Shown here: positions 38,245-47,702 of the stretch, piece after piece | Numbering within the stretch: the stretch's first letter is position 1 | Layout: each line of letters opens with the position of its first letter | Assembly: GCA_018623135.1 (NCBI GenBank) | Contig: JAAZVW010000005.1 | Coordinates: 1 to 57,758, forward strand | Length of the DNA stretch: 57,758 nt | Origin: Pseudomonadota bacterium | Lineage (GTDB): Bacteria; Pseudomonadota; Alphaproteobacteria; UBA1280; JAAZVW01 | Reading direction: 5' to 3' | Notes under the pieces: model-generated | Seen by the model: only the letters and a program-made list of their open reading frames with translations | The model's database searches: none | What the model was told of the DNA's origin: nothing | Made by a program: the position numbers and the translations under genes

Positions 38245-38267
38245 TGTTTTAAATTGAGCTTAGTTGT

Positions 38268-39431
38268 TTATTTAAGTTGGCCCTTAAGTTCAAGTGCTTG
38301 CGTGACAGGAATAAGTGCAAGGTTTTTTTCTGCCAATGTTGGTGCCCAAGCTTGTAATACTTCTAACGTATTTTGATGAGGGTGACCAATAGCAATAGCG
38401 ATACCATCTAACTGAGCGATTGTTTCTATTTTTTTAAGTTGGTTTTGAATATTTTCTTTTGATTGAGAATGGTCTAAGAAAATATCACGCTTAAGAAGTG
38501 GTAAGCCAACTTCTTTATTAGCTTCTTCTACTGCTGTTTTTCCGAGTGTAAGGCTGTCTAAGAAAAACATTTGCTTATCTTTAACTACTTTGAGTACCTC
38601 TACCATACCTTCTTTATAAGAGGTAAAGCGAGAACCCATGTGGTTGTTGACACCAACAGCTAAATGCTCAAGAACAGAAATGTTTTTTTCTGCGATTTTT
38701 GGGATTTCTGTTAGAGGTGTTTCTGTATAAAGGGCATATGGACCTGGGTTGATTGTGCGACCGTCCTTGCGTGGCATTGGCTCCATAGGGAAGTGGATCA
38801 TAATTTCGTGCCCTAGTTTAGCGGCTTGTGGTGCTTGTTCTGCTGTGCCTTTAGAGTGTGGCAAATAGGCGAAGACAACTTCTTTAGGTAACATTTCTAT
38901 CGCTTTTAAAGATTGGCCTACGTTTTCACCTAGGTCATCAATAATAACAACAATACCTTTTTTGTCTGTAAGATCTACAGCTGGTTGTGCATGTGTTTTA
39001 TACTTAGGTAGAGAAGCTTCTTGCTGTTGCAGCTCTGCTGTATCTGTTACAGGCGCGCTTTGTGGAGCAGGCTCTTGCTGAGGTGCTGTTAGGCTTTGTG
39101 TGCCTTGTGTTGGCGCAGGCATAGATGCTTCTTCTGTTGTAAGAGCTGTTGTTGATCCGGGCTCTGCTGCAACAGTTTCTTCACCTACATAGCTGTAATC
39201 TTCATAGGTTGCTTGCTGGTTAACAAGTGCATCATTAATTTTAATGCTCTCTGTTTGAAGGCTAGGGGGTGTTTGTAGTTTAGGGTCTTTTTCTACTTCT
39301 ACCAGCGCGACTTCAGTAGGCTTTGCTTGTGCTTCTTGCAGGCGGTGATAAAGTGCAGAAAAAACAGCTGCAGATAAAATGGCTGTAACCATAAAACCAA
39401 CAGCAAAACCTAGAAAAAATTTAGTATTCAT
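38268..39431 (-). CDS. divergent polysaccharide deacetylase family protein (YibQ-like) with an N-terminal TM and a Pro/Gln/Ala/Thr-rich linker
   Basis: C-terminal domain motifs IIDDLG, NNHMGS and IAIGHP. Conserved position after ctpA. Its start shares one base with the ctpA stop. Confidence 0.75.
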   Translation of the reverse strand: MNTKFFLGFAVGFMVTAILSAAVFSALYHRLQEAQAKPTEVALVEVEKDPKLQTPPSLQTESIKINDALVNQQATYEDYSYVGEETVAAEPGSTTALTTEEASMPAPTQGTQSLTAPQQEPAPQSAPVTDTAELQQQEASLPKYKTHAQPAVDLTDKKGIVVIIDDLGENVGQSLKAIEMLPKEVVFAYLPHSKGTAEQAPQAAKLGHEIMIHFPMEPMPRKDGRTINPGPYALYTETPLTEIPKIAEKNISVLEHLAVGVNNHMGSRFTSYKEGMVEVLKVVKDKQMFFLDSLTLGKTAVEEANKEVGLPLLKRDIFLDHSQSKENIQNQLKKIETIAQLDGIAIAIGHPHQNTLEVLQAWAPTLAEKNLALIPVTQALELKGQLK

Positions 39432-40741
39432 TATTTATTATCCCAAACTGTAAGTGCTTTTAAGATTGCTTCGGCACGTTCCAGCTGAAAATCACGGAAC
39501 TCTTCTTTTTCTTCAGACTCTTGATCTGCTTTAAGAGGCGATTTGTTTTTATTATCCGCCGGTTTTTCAATTTTATTGCCTTTTTCATCTACTTCAATAT
39601 GGCCTTTAAGTGTGGCTTCTGAGCGTAGGTATTCACTTAGCTCAAATTCTTCGACTTTGGCTTGCTTTACAATTACATCTGGCTCAATGCCTTTGGCTTG
39701 GATTGAACGACCAGAAGGTGTGTAATAAAGTGCTGTTGTAAGACGAATGCCCGCACCACCTGGTAGGCCAAGGATTGTTTGAACAGAGCCTTTACCAAAT
39801 GATTTTGTACCAACAACAACGGCGCGTTGATGGTCTTGCAAGGCGCCTGATACAATTTCTGAAGCAGAGGCAGAGCCTTGGTTAATAAGTACAACAATTG
39901 GTTTACCATCGAGTTTATCGCCAGCTTTGGCGTAAACGCGCTGGTTTTGGCTTTCTATACGGCCTTTTGTAGACACGATTTCGCCTTGTTCTAAGAATGT
40001 GTCAGATACTGAAATGGCTTCATCTAAAAGACCACCTGGGTTGTTGCGGAGATCTAAAATAAGGCCGTTAAGCTCTGATTTGTTTTCTTTTTCGAGCTTT
40101 TTAAGTTCGGCATGTAAATCTTTTGTTGTGGCTTGGTTGAACGTTGTAATACGTACGTAGCCTAGACCACCTGCTTTAAGTTCTGAACGAACAGGGCGGA
40201 TCTTGATTTTATCGCGTACAATTGTCACATCGAATGTTTTGCCTGTAGATTCACGGAAAACTGTAACAGTAATTTTTGTTCCAACAGGGCCACGCATTTT
40301 TTCTACAGCATCAGAAAGAGATTGGCCTTGGATATCTTCACCATCAATTTTAATGATATAGTCGCCTGCTTCAATGCCGGCTTTATCTGCTGGTGTGCCT
40401 TCGATTGGTGCAACAACTTTAACTGCGCCTTTGCCTGAAGTGACTTCAATACCTAAGCCACCAAATTCGCCCTGAGTTTGCTCTTGCATTTCATCATATG
40501 ATTTTGGAGGTAGGTAGCTTGAATGAGGGTCGAGCTCTTGTAGCATGCCGCTAATGGCGTCTTCTATCAGTTTTTTGTCTTCAACTTCATCTACATAATA
40601 GGCATTTACCTTTTCAATGATATTGCTCATGAGCTCTAGCTGCGTGTAGATGTCATCTGTTGCAGGCTTGCTTTGAGCTTGGCTTATGCTTGTGAACGCT
40701 AAAACTGCAGCAAAGGCAGTTGTACGTAAAAAAGTGAACAT
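39431..40741 (-). CDS. ctpA: carboxy-terminal processing protease (S41) with PDZ domain
   Basis: Signal peptide, a PDZ domain (GIEAGDYIIKIDG), and S41 motifs DLRNNPGG, GSASASEI and KGSVQT. Confidence 0.9.
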   Translation of the reverse strand: MFTFLRTTAFAAVLAFTSISQAQSKPATDDIYTQLELMSNIIEKVNAYYVDEVEDKKLIEDAISGMLQELDPHSSYLPPKSYDEMQEQTQGEFGGLGIEVTSGKGAVKVVAPIEGTPADKAGIEAGDYIIKIDGEDIQGQSLSDAVEKMRGPVGTKITVTVFRESTGKTFDVTIVRDKIKIRPVRSELKAGGLGYVRITTFNQATTKDLHAELKKLEKENKSELNGLILDLRNNPGGLLDEAISVSDTFLEQGEIVSTKGRIESQNQRVYAKAGDKLDGKPIVVLINQGSASASEIVSGALQDHQRAVVVGTKSFGKGSVQTILGLPGGAGIRLTTALYYTPSGRSIQAKGIEPDVIVKQAKVEEFELSEYLRSEATLKGHIEVDEKGNKIEKPADNKNKSPLKADQESEEKEEFRDFQLERAEAILKALTVWDNK

Positions 40742-40760
40742 GGTTGAATGACCTTTTTTA

Positions 40761-41846
40761 TTATTGTGTTATGTAAGGGACAGGATTTACAGCCTGACCG
40801 TTTTTACGCACTTCAAAGTAAAGTGTTGGTTTACCTGAAGTACTTAATTCAGCTAATGTTTCTGCGACATTGACAACATCGCCAACCTTTTTAGGGCTCT
40901 TTTTAAAACCAGCATACAAAGTATGTAAATTGTCTGGATGCTCTAAAATTACTAAATAACCATACCCTCTAAATGGCCCGCTGTAAATGACACGGCCTGA
41001 TTTTATTGCTTTAACAGGTTGTTTTTTATGGCCTTGGAAGGTGACGCCTTGAGAGTGCAACCCTGTTGTGTGGTCTTTTTGTTGGAAGCTACGAATGATT
41101 TTACCGCCAAGAGGGAGTTTAAATTGGCTTACTTTAGCGTTAAGGCTTGGCATTTTATCTGAAAGCAGATGGCTATGGCGTTCAAACAAATCTTCTAAAT
41201 TTTTGGCACCAGACATAAATTCAGCATTGCTGAGAAGTTGCTTGCGCTCTTTTTTATTGGCTTTAAAGAGAAGTTTTTGCTGTTCGAGCAGTTTAAGGAT
41301 ATCTTCTTCTTTATTTTTGATTTGCTTATATTCAGCATCCATTTGTGCTTTAAGTGTGGCTTGCCTATCTAGTGTTTTAATAAGGCTTTCAAGACGAGAT
41401 TTACCATTGATCATCTCATCATCAAGAATATCACGGCTTACATTTAAAAGGGCTTGGCGTTTAAGTTGTACGTCTACAATATCTTGTGCAATAAGCGCTT
41501 CTGTAGGGATACGTTCTAGGCGTACCATGTTCATAAGTGTTAAATAAAAGTTATTGACGTCTGCTTTAAGTTTACGGGCTGTGCGTTGCTCTTTAACTTT
41601 AAGTTCTTTAATTTTATTTTGTAGTGATTTAATTTCTGCTTGTTGTTTATCAGCTTCTGCTTGGATTTGCGTTAAAGAAGCATTGATTTTAAGGATTTGC
41701 CCTTGAATACGCACGCGTTCTGGGTCTTCCATTTCATCTGCTGTAAGGTTTTGAGCCATAACAGTAGGTGCATTTAAAGCGCAGAAAGCACTTAAAATAG
41801 CAACAAAACAAAGATAAGAGAGCTTAAATATGTGTGATCTTTTCAT
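40761..41846 (-). CDS. M23 family peptidase / EnvC-like murein hydrolase activator with coiled coil
   Basis: Signal peptide, a long Q/K/E/L coiled-coil, and a C-terminal LytM-like domain (GVTFQG, YLVILEH, LYFEVRKNG). Confidence 0.8.
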   Translation of the reverse strand: MKRSHIFKLSYLCFVAILSAFCALNAPTVMAQNLTADEMEDPERVRIQGQILKINASLTQIQAEADKQQAEIKSLQNKIKELKVKEQRTARKLKADVNNFYLTLMNMVRLERIPTEALIAQDIVDVQLKRQALLNVSRDILDDEMINGKSRLESLIKTLDRQATLKAQMDAEYKQIKNKEEDILKLLEQQKLLFKANKKERKQLLSNAEFMSGAKNLEDLFERHSHLLSDKMPSLNAKVSQFKLPLGGKIIRSFQQKDHTTGLHSQGVTFQGHKKQPVKAIKSGRVIYSGPFRGYGYLVILEHPDNLHTLYAGFKKSPKKVGDVVNVAETLAELSTSGKPTLYFEVRKNGQAVNPVPYITQ

Positions 41847-41886
41847 AGAGTAAAGTTTTACACTAGCTTAGCGAATTTTGAAAGCC

Positions 41887-43401
41887 TTAATCTATGATTT
41901 TTGCTAAATTTTTGCCTGTCATTTCTACGGGCTGTTCAATTCCCATAAGGCAGAGGACTGTTGGTGCTAAATCACAAAGGGCTCCTTTAGAAAGAGAAAG
42001 CTTTTTAGGTCCAAAATAAATAAGCGGTACTGGGTTTAGGCTGTGAGAGGTTACTTTTTCACCTTTATCATTGAGCATTTGCTCGCAGTTGCCATGGTCG
42101 GCTGTAATGAGCATTTGGCTTTGTGTGTTTTTAATGCTGTTTGTTATTTCAGTTAAGAAAGTATCAATCGCTTCGCAGGCTTGAATAGCAGCGTTTAAAT
42201 CCCCAGAGTGGCCAACCATATCACCATTGGCAACATTACAGACAATAAGGTCATATGCTTTTGAATCAATCGCATCTTTAAGATGGTTTGTAAGTTCAGG
42301 CAATGACATTTCTGGTTGCAGGTCATAGGTTTTAACCTGTGGTGAAGGAATAAGAAGTCGGGATTCTTTGGTAAAAGGTTCTTCTCTACCACCATTTAGA
42401 AAGAAAGTGACGTGGGCGTATTTTTCTGTTTCGGCGATGCGTAGTTGGCTGAAATTTGCATTGGCGATGGTTTCACCCAGCGTATTATGGATGACTTCTG
42501 GCTGAAATAGGATATCGACATGGCCTGTAAACTGGCTGTCGTATTCTGTAAGGCTGACCAAAATTTGCGGATGAACATGCGCTTGAAAAGCATCAAACCC
42601 TTTAATAAAGGTGCTAACAAGTTGGCGCATGCGGTCTGCTCTAAAGTTACAGAAAAAGACAGCATCACCGTTATGGATTGTGCCTTCAGTACCTTTTAAA
42701 AGGCGTGTTGTCTGAATAAATTCATCACTTTCATCTGCGGCATAAGCTTGTTTTAATGCGTCTTTTACAGAAGAGGCGTGTCTTTGAGCTGTTGCTTCAG
42801 TATACAGCTGATAGGCTTCTTGTGTGCGTTGCCAGCGTTTATCTCTATCCATGGCGTAAAAACGCCCTGTGATGTCGGTGATATGACAGTTAGGGATAAG
42901 ATCGATTTGTGCGGCAAATTCTAGAAGCTGTGTTTGTGCGGCCTGTGGGGCGGTATCTCTGCCATCTGTAATGGCATGGATATAAATATTTTTGCCTTCT
43001 GCGCTTAATATTTTAGCAAGCCCAATAATATGGTTCAGGTGACTATGTACACCGCCATCTGAGACAAGACCAATAAGATGAATGTTTTGTGTTTTAGGTA
43101 AATATTTTTTTATTTTAAGATAGTCGATTGAGTGGCTTAAGCGATCTTCATCGATATATTTTTGAATGCGCTCGAGATTTTGTAGGGGGATGCGCCCTGC
43201 ACCAATGTTCATATGACCGACTTCTGAATTACCCATTTGGCCTTCTGGTAAACCAACGGCCTGGCCATGTGTTAACAGCTCTGTATGAGGATATTGCTGT
43301 ATAAGCTGATTATAAATAGGCATGTTTGCCTGTTTTGTTGCATTGCCTGCCTTTTGTGGGTTGAGCCCAAATCCATCTAAAATACAAAGAAGAGTTTTCA
43401 T
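41887..43401 (-). CDS. gpmI: 2,3-bisphosphoglycerate-independent phosphoglycerate mutase
   Basis: N-terminus ILDGFG, the NSEVGHMNIGAGR motif, and the C-terminal ADHGN. Confidence 0.93.
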   Translation of the reverse strand: MKTLLCILDGFGLNPQKAGNATKQANMPIYNQLIQQYPHTELLTHGQAVGLPEGQMGNSEVGHMNIGAGRIPLQNLERIQKYIDEDRLSHSIDYLKIKKYLPKTQNIHLIGLVSDGGVHSHLNHIIGLAKILSAEGKNIYIHAITDGRDTAPQAAQTQLLEFAAQIDLIPNCHITDITGRFYAMDRDKRWQRTQEAYQLYTEATAQRHASSVKDALKQAYAADESDEFIQTTRLLKGTEGTIHNGDAVFFCNFRADRMRQLVSTFIKGFDAFQAHVHPQILVSLTEYDSQFTGHVDILFQPEVIHNTLGETIANANFSQLRIAETEKYAHVTFFLNGGREEPFTKESRLLIPSPQVKTYDLQPEMSLPELTNHLKDAIDSKAYDLIVCNVANGDMVGHSGDLNAAIQACEAIDTFLTEITNSIKNTQSQMLITADHGNCEQMLNDKGEKVTSHSLNPVPLIYFGPKKLSLSKGALCDLAPTVLCLMGIEQPVEMTGKNLAKIID

Positions 43402-43449
43402 AGGTGTGCATCCTTTTTCTTATTGTATGCGGGTTGTTTATTGGGCGGG

Positions 43450-43911
43450 TTAGTCTCGGTGGTAGGGGTGCCCGCTTATTAAAGTATAAGCACGATAGAG
43501 CTGTTCCATCAAGACCGGACGTACAAGCATGTGCGGTAAAGTCATTTCTGATAGGCCAAGAAGAAGCTGTGCTTGGGTGCGTAAATGCTCTGTATGACCA
43601 TCTGCACCGCCGATAAGTAGGCAGATATCACGGAAGCCATCTTCTTGTATATTTTTTATTTTTTGAGCAAATTTTTGGGAAGAGAATTGTTTGCCACGCT
43701 CATCTAACGCCATAATAAAGCTCCCTTTAGGGCAGGCTTTAAGAAGAAGGTCTGTTTCTTCCTTTTGCGCTGTTTTAGGGTCTTTTGATTTTGCATTAAG
43801 TTCCGTGATTTTTACGGACGCAAAAGGCTTAAGGCGTTTGGCATATGTGTTTACAAGGTCCAGAATGGCCTTATCGCGACACTTACCAATCGCTATTAAA
43901 TGGATCTGCAT
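43450..43911 (-). CDS. rlmH: 23S rRNA (pseudouridine1915-N3)-methyltransferase RlmH
   Basis: 153 aa. SPOUT C-terminus LIGGADGH...LSLSEMTLPH...EQLYRA...PYH. Confidence 0.9.
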   Translation of the reverse strand: MQIHLIAIGKCRDKAILDLVNTYAKRLKPFASVKITELNAKSKDPKTAQKEETDLLLKACPKGSFIMALDERGKQFSSQKFAQKIKNIQEDGFRDICLLIGGADGHTEHLRTQAQLLLGLSEMTLPHMLVRPVLMEQLYRAYTLISGHPYHRD

Positions 43912-43932
43912 GGCAAACGAAAATCTGTATTA

Positions 43933-44307
43933 TTAAGCTTGTAGTGGGCTTAATATATCACCATTTGCAGAATCTTTATTATCTTCATCTGATGGCATTT
44001 TCTCTGGGAATGGTCGACCCCAAAGTTTTTCTAGATTATAAAGTTCTCGTGTTTCTTGTAGGAAAATATGAACAAGAACATCACCTGTATCTACCAATAC
44101 CCAGCTGCCGCTGTCTTCACCTTCTACGTGGGCACCACGAATTTGGTTTAAGCGGTATGCTTCTACTACTTTTTCATAAAGAGAGATGGCATGACGGTTA
44201 GAATTAGCCGTACAGATAATCATCGCATCAGCGAGAGAAGATTCGGCACCTAACAGGACAGTCACAATATTTTCAGCTTTAAGACTTTCTAAAGCTTCTT
44301 GTGCCAC
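43933..44307 (-). CDS. rsfS: ribosome silencing factor RsfS
   Basis: Motifs ADAMIICTANSNRH, WVLVDTGDVLVHIF and LYNLEKLW. The start is uncertain (see findings). Confidence 0.88.
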   Translation of the reverse strand: MAQEALESLKAENIVTVLLGAESSLADAMIICTANSNRHAISLYEKVVEAYRLNQIRGAHVEGEDSGSWVLVDTGDVLVHIFLQETRELYNLEKLWGRPFPEKMPSDEDNKDSANGDILSPLQA

Positions 44308-44436
44308 ATCCAGTGTTTTTTGAACCTCGGGTGCAAGCGGGGTTTGATCTTGCGTACTTATAACAAGTTCTCCTTAAAGTTATTCACTTATACTCTTATT
44401 ATGGTGGTTTTTAGCATAAAGGTCAAACTTTTAGCA

Positions 44437-45084
44437 TTAAAACCAGTTGGTCATATAAGGTACTTGATTTTGTTGCAAATACTGTACCACCTTGGGGTGC
44501 AGCATACTGCTCATGTGCCCAATTTTAAAGGCGTTGCGAATATTGGTTGCGCGACCTTGATGGGTAGAAGTGAATAAATACAGCCATTTGGGCGTAGATG
44601 TCAAGCGTTCAAACTGTTGACGCTTATGTTTTACATTTTGTAAAGCAGGAGATTTAAGCAGGCCATAGCGTTGGGGTTCGATACGGTCCATAATAATAAT
44701 TTTATTTTTTTGTAAAATTTGGGCAAAATTTTGCCATTTATGGAGTTTTTTAAGATTATCGGCACCCATAAGCCATACAAAATCATACATAGGATATGCT
44801 TTTTTTAGGGCTTCTAATGTGCGTTGGGTAAAGGTATTGCCAATTTTTTGCTCAAAACGACATACTTTTAGGTAGGGCTTATCACTTAATGTGAGTTCAC
44901 ATAGGTGGCATCTTTCTTCAAAACCAACCATACCAGCAACCGATTTATGGGGGTTTTGTGGGCTTACAAGAAACCAAACTTGCTTAAAACCAAATTGCTT
45001 GCGCATGGTTTCTGCTAAATGAACATGACCTAAATGAGGTGGGTTAAACGACCCACCTAAAATGCCGATTTTTGCCTTGGGCAT
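44437..45084 (-). CDS. nadD: nicotinate-nucleotide adenylyltransferase
   Basis: N-terminus GILGGSFNPPHLGH (HxGH) and size typical of NadD. Position upstream of rsfS. Confidence 0.9.
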   Translation of the reverse strand: MPKAKIGILGGSFNPPHLGHVHLAETMRKQFGFKQVWFLVSPQNPHKSVAGMVGFEERCHLCELTLSDKPYLKVCRFEQKIGNTFTQRTLEALKKAYPMYDFVWLMGADNLKKLHKWQNFAQILQKNKIIIMDRIEPQRYGLLKSPALQNVKHKRQQFERLTSTPKWLYLFTSTHQGRATNIRNAFKIGHMSSMLHPKVVQYLQQNQVPYMTNWF

Positions 45085-45126
45085 ATGAATAAACCTTATG
45101 TTTTTTATGATGTAGATGCGGGCTGT

Positions 45127-45597
45127 TTAGTCTTCTATGTTTGGTTTTTCACCCAAGCGGCTAAACCAAATGCCTGTTGCACCTTGAATAATAAGTGTAA
45201 AACCAAACCAGCTTGCGGCCATTGTGCAGCCAAACAAGAAAGCATCAAAAAGGAGTGTGCTTGTCCAAAAATGATTAACGACAATAACAGAAAGTGTAAA
45301 TGCTGGGATAATAGCTAAATGTAATGCATATAAAATACGGTTTTTAGGATTGCCTTTACTGTCTAGCTTGCAGACATCCATCATCCATAAAAAGATAAGT
45401 AAACTACCAAGCATTGTGCCTGCATAGCCTGCAATAAACCCTAAAATAAGACCAAAGAGCGGCGGGAAGAAATTACCAGCGACAAAGAAACCCGTACCTG
45501 AGAGCATAATAGCCACTAAAAGTGCAGATAAAATGCTAGACCTTGCCCATTGGCGGTTGGTCATTTCAACATAAATATCATAAAGAATGGATTTCAT
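45127..45597 (-). CDS. small integral membrane protein (about 4 TM), unknown function
   Basis: 156-aa ORF with four hydrophobic segments, RBS aaggagaa, 42 nt upstream of nadD. Confidence 0.6.
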   Translation of the reverse strand: MKSILYDIYVEMTNRQWARSSILSALLVAIMLSGTGFFVAGNFFPPLFGLILGFIAGYAGTMLGSLLIFLWMMDVCKLDSKGNPKNRILYALHLAIIPAFTLSVIVVNHFWTSTLLFDAFLFGCTMAASWFGFTLIIQGATGIWFSRLGEKPNIED

Positions 45598-45704
45598 TTT
45601 TAGGGTTCTCCTTATTTTTATTGAGGCACTTTTAAGAGTTTAGACCTTTAAATGCCTAAATACAATTATAAGAAGTCTTTGTTTATTTTGCAAATAATCC
45701 GTTA

Positions 45705-47702
45705 TTAACGACGTTTAACCCACATAATAGCTGCAAGGACAAGTAAAAGCACTAACGCAGCACCCATAGGGTATAAGCTTTTACGATAAGTTTGTATGAT
45801 TTTATAGTTTGCTTTGGGTTTAAGGTTTATCCAACCCTGACCGATAGCGTTTTTATGGCTTATGTTTAATTTAAGTTGCTCGGGAGCTTTAAGTGTATGT
45901 AAGTACATTTTCCCGCCGCCACTTTCTTGTGCGAGCTGGTGTATGCTGTAACCAGAAGAAGGTTGCCATTCAAGGTCATTTACTTGGCCATGTTGATAGT
46001 AGCCATAAATAGCTTTGGCATTTTTAGGGGTATATTTAGCAATATATAAGCCTTGATTTTCAAGGGGCATGCTTGCTTGCCAGTTATTGGCTTTTTTAAG
46101 TTTAAGGCTTGTTGTTGTTAAATCAGGTCGTGTAAAGCTAACGTCAATATCTTCCTTTAAATGCCCGTTAAAGGCAACATTAAGGGTGTTTGTATCTGTA
46201 TTGGAGAGGATAAACCTATTTTTTTCTAGCTCGGGTTCTTTCATTAACCAATGGCTGATACGACGAACAAGTTCTTGCATATTACCGCCACTATTTACGT
46301 TTCTGCCCCAAAGCCAGAGGTGATCACTTAAAAACATGGCAACACGCCCTTGTTCAAAACCACCTAATACTAATAAGGGGGCGTCACCTGCACGCATAAG
46401 GACATCTGCATCTTTGTGTGCAGTAGCTGTTGAAAGCTGGCCAAGAGGACTCCAGTTATGAAGTGTTTGCGCAAATGGTGCTGTGACAGGGTGCTCTTTA
46501 CCTAAAGGGCTAAGCTGAGCCTGAAAAGCGTTATGAATACTTTCGTAACCTACGCGAATAGGCATAAGTTGATTTAACAAACTACGCCCTAAGCCTTGTC
46601 CTTGCGTGAATTCATTACCTGTTACAAACAAAAGTGCGCCGCCACTTGCTGTGTAGCGTTTAATGTTTTGCAAGTAAGGCATGCTTAAAAGGCCGCGATT
46701 TATGTAATGGTCAAAAATGACTAAATCAAAGTCGAACAGACGCTTCATAAAAAGCTCACGCACAGGGAAGGGGATAAGAGAAAGGTCTTCTTCTGCAACT
46801 GGGTTTTCGCTATTAAAATCACGTAAAATGGTAAAGTGGATCATGTTGACACTTGGGTCTGACTTTAAAAGGCGGCGTAGTGTTTGCGTGCCGTTGTGTG
46901 GGATGCCAGAGACAAGAAGAACATTAAGATTGTCTCGGATACCTTTAATAAGCAGTGTTTTTTTGTTGTTATCGGCGGTGCGTTCGTTGGCAACTTCTGG
47001 CGTAGAAATATGTAAAGACATAGGCCCTGCTTGTGGCAAGGTAAGGTTAAAGGTAACGATTTTATTGGTTTGTATGTTTTGGTTAATCACCTGATTGCCT
47101 GCAATAGAAATAAATAATGGTGCTGTTTTGCGTTTTGTATCTTCAATAATAAGGCTAATTTCTGCCTTTTCTTTCACAATGGCAAATTCAGGTGCTTTTG
47201 TGACTTTAAGTACAGGGTCGTAGCTATTTTCTGATTCTGTTTGCAAGAAAAATAAAGGTGTTTCTATATGTTGTGGCACATTATGTAATTGGCCATCTGA
47301 AATGAGTACAACACCGCTTAGGTCTGAATTTTTATTAAAAAAGAGGTCTTTATGATCCTGAAAAGGTGTTGATCCTGTGGCTGTGTTATCTGTAAAGGTG
47401 CGACGTTCTACCTGAATGTTTTTGCTGTTTAGTTCTTGCATGAGGCGGTCTGCAACTTGGGTTGTGATCTGCTGTAAAGATTCAGCGCTATTTGAACGGC
47501 TTTTATCGATAACAAGGGCTACTTTTTCTGGTAGAGATTCTTTTTCTTCTATCTGCTGTTCTGGGTTTAAAAGAACAATACATAAAAGAATCTGGAATAG
47601 TGCCGCCCATAAATTACGCTTAGGAAAAAGGCACAAAAATAGGCTTACAACGGTAAAGATAAGAATAATACTTAGGGGTAGGTAGGGGCTGATTTGGATC
47701 AT
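45705..47702 (-). CDS. conserved membrane-anchored protein, partner of the BatA_N/DUF4159 protein
   Basis: 665 aa with N-terminal and C-terminal TM helices. Its start overlaps the upstream gene stop by 4 nt (ATGA). Family name not recognised with certainty. Confidence 0.6.
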   Translation of the reverse strand: MIQISPYLPLSIILIFTVVSLFLCLFPKRNLWAALFQILLCIVLLNPEQQIEEKESLPEKVALVIDKSRSNSAESLQQITTQVADRLMQELNSKNIQVERRTFTDNTATGSTPFQDHKDLFFNKNSDLSGVVLISDGQLHNVPQHIETPLFFLQTESENSYDPVLKVTKAPEFAIVKEKAEISLIIEDTKRKTAPLFISIAGNQVINQNIQTNKIVTFNLTLPQAGPMSLHISTPEVANERTADNNKKTLLIKGIRDNLNVLLVSGIPHNGTQTLRRLLKSDPSVNMIHFTILRDFNSENPVAEEDLSLIPFPVRELFMKRLFDFDLVIFDHYINRGLLSMPYLQNIKRYTASGGALLFVTGNEFTQGQGLGRSLLNQLMPIRVGYESIHNAFQAQLSPLGKEHPVTAPFAQTLHNWSPLGQLSTATAHKDADVLMRAGDAPLLVLGGFEQGRVAMFLSDHLWLWGRNVNSGGNMQELVRRISHWLMKEPELEKNRFILSNTDTNTLNVAFNGHLKEDIDVSFTRPDLTTTSLKLKKANNWQASMPLENQGLYIAKYTPKNAKAIYGYYQHGQVNDLEWQPSSGYSIHQLAQESGGGKMYLHTLKAPEQLKLNISHKNAIGQGWINLKPKANYKIIQTYRKSLYPMGAALVLLLVLAAIMWVKRR

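Noticed and set aside
41068-41547. 159-aa plus-strand ORF rich in Leu, Ser and Arg
   Set aside because: It lies antisense within the coiled-coil region of the M23/EnvC-like gene. Reverse-complementing Q/K/E/L codons gives long open frames. No RBS.
45085-45318. 77-aa Cys-rich plus-strand ORF that could look like a small secreted Cys-rich peptide
   Set aside because: It lies entirely antisense to a convincing 4-TM membrane-protein gene and starts at the base after the nadD start on the opposite strand. It has no RBS and no signal peptide.
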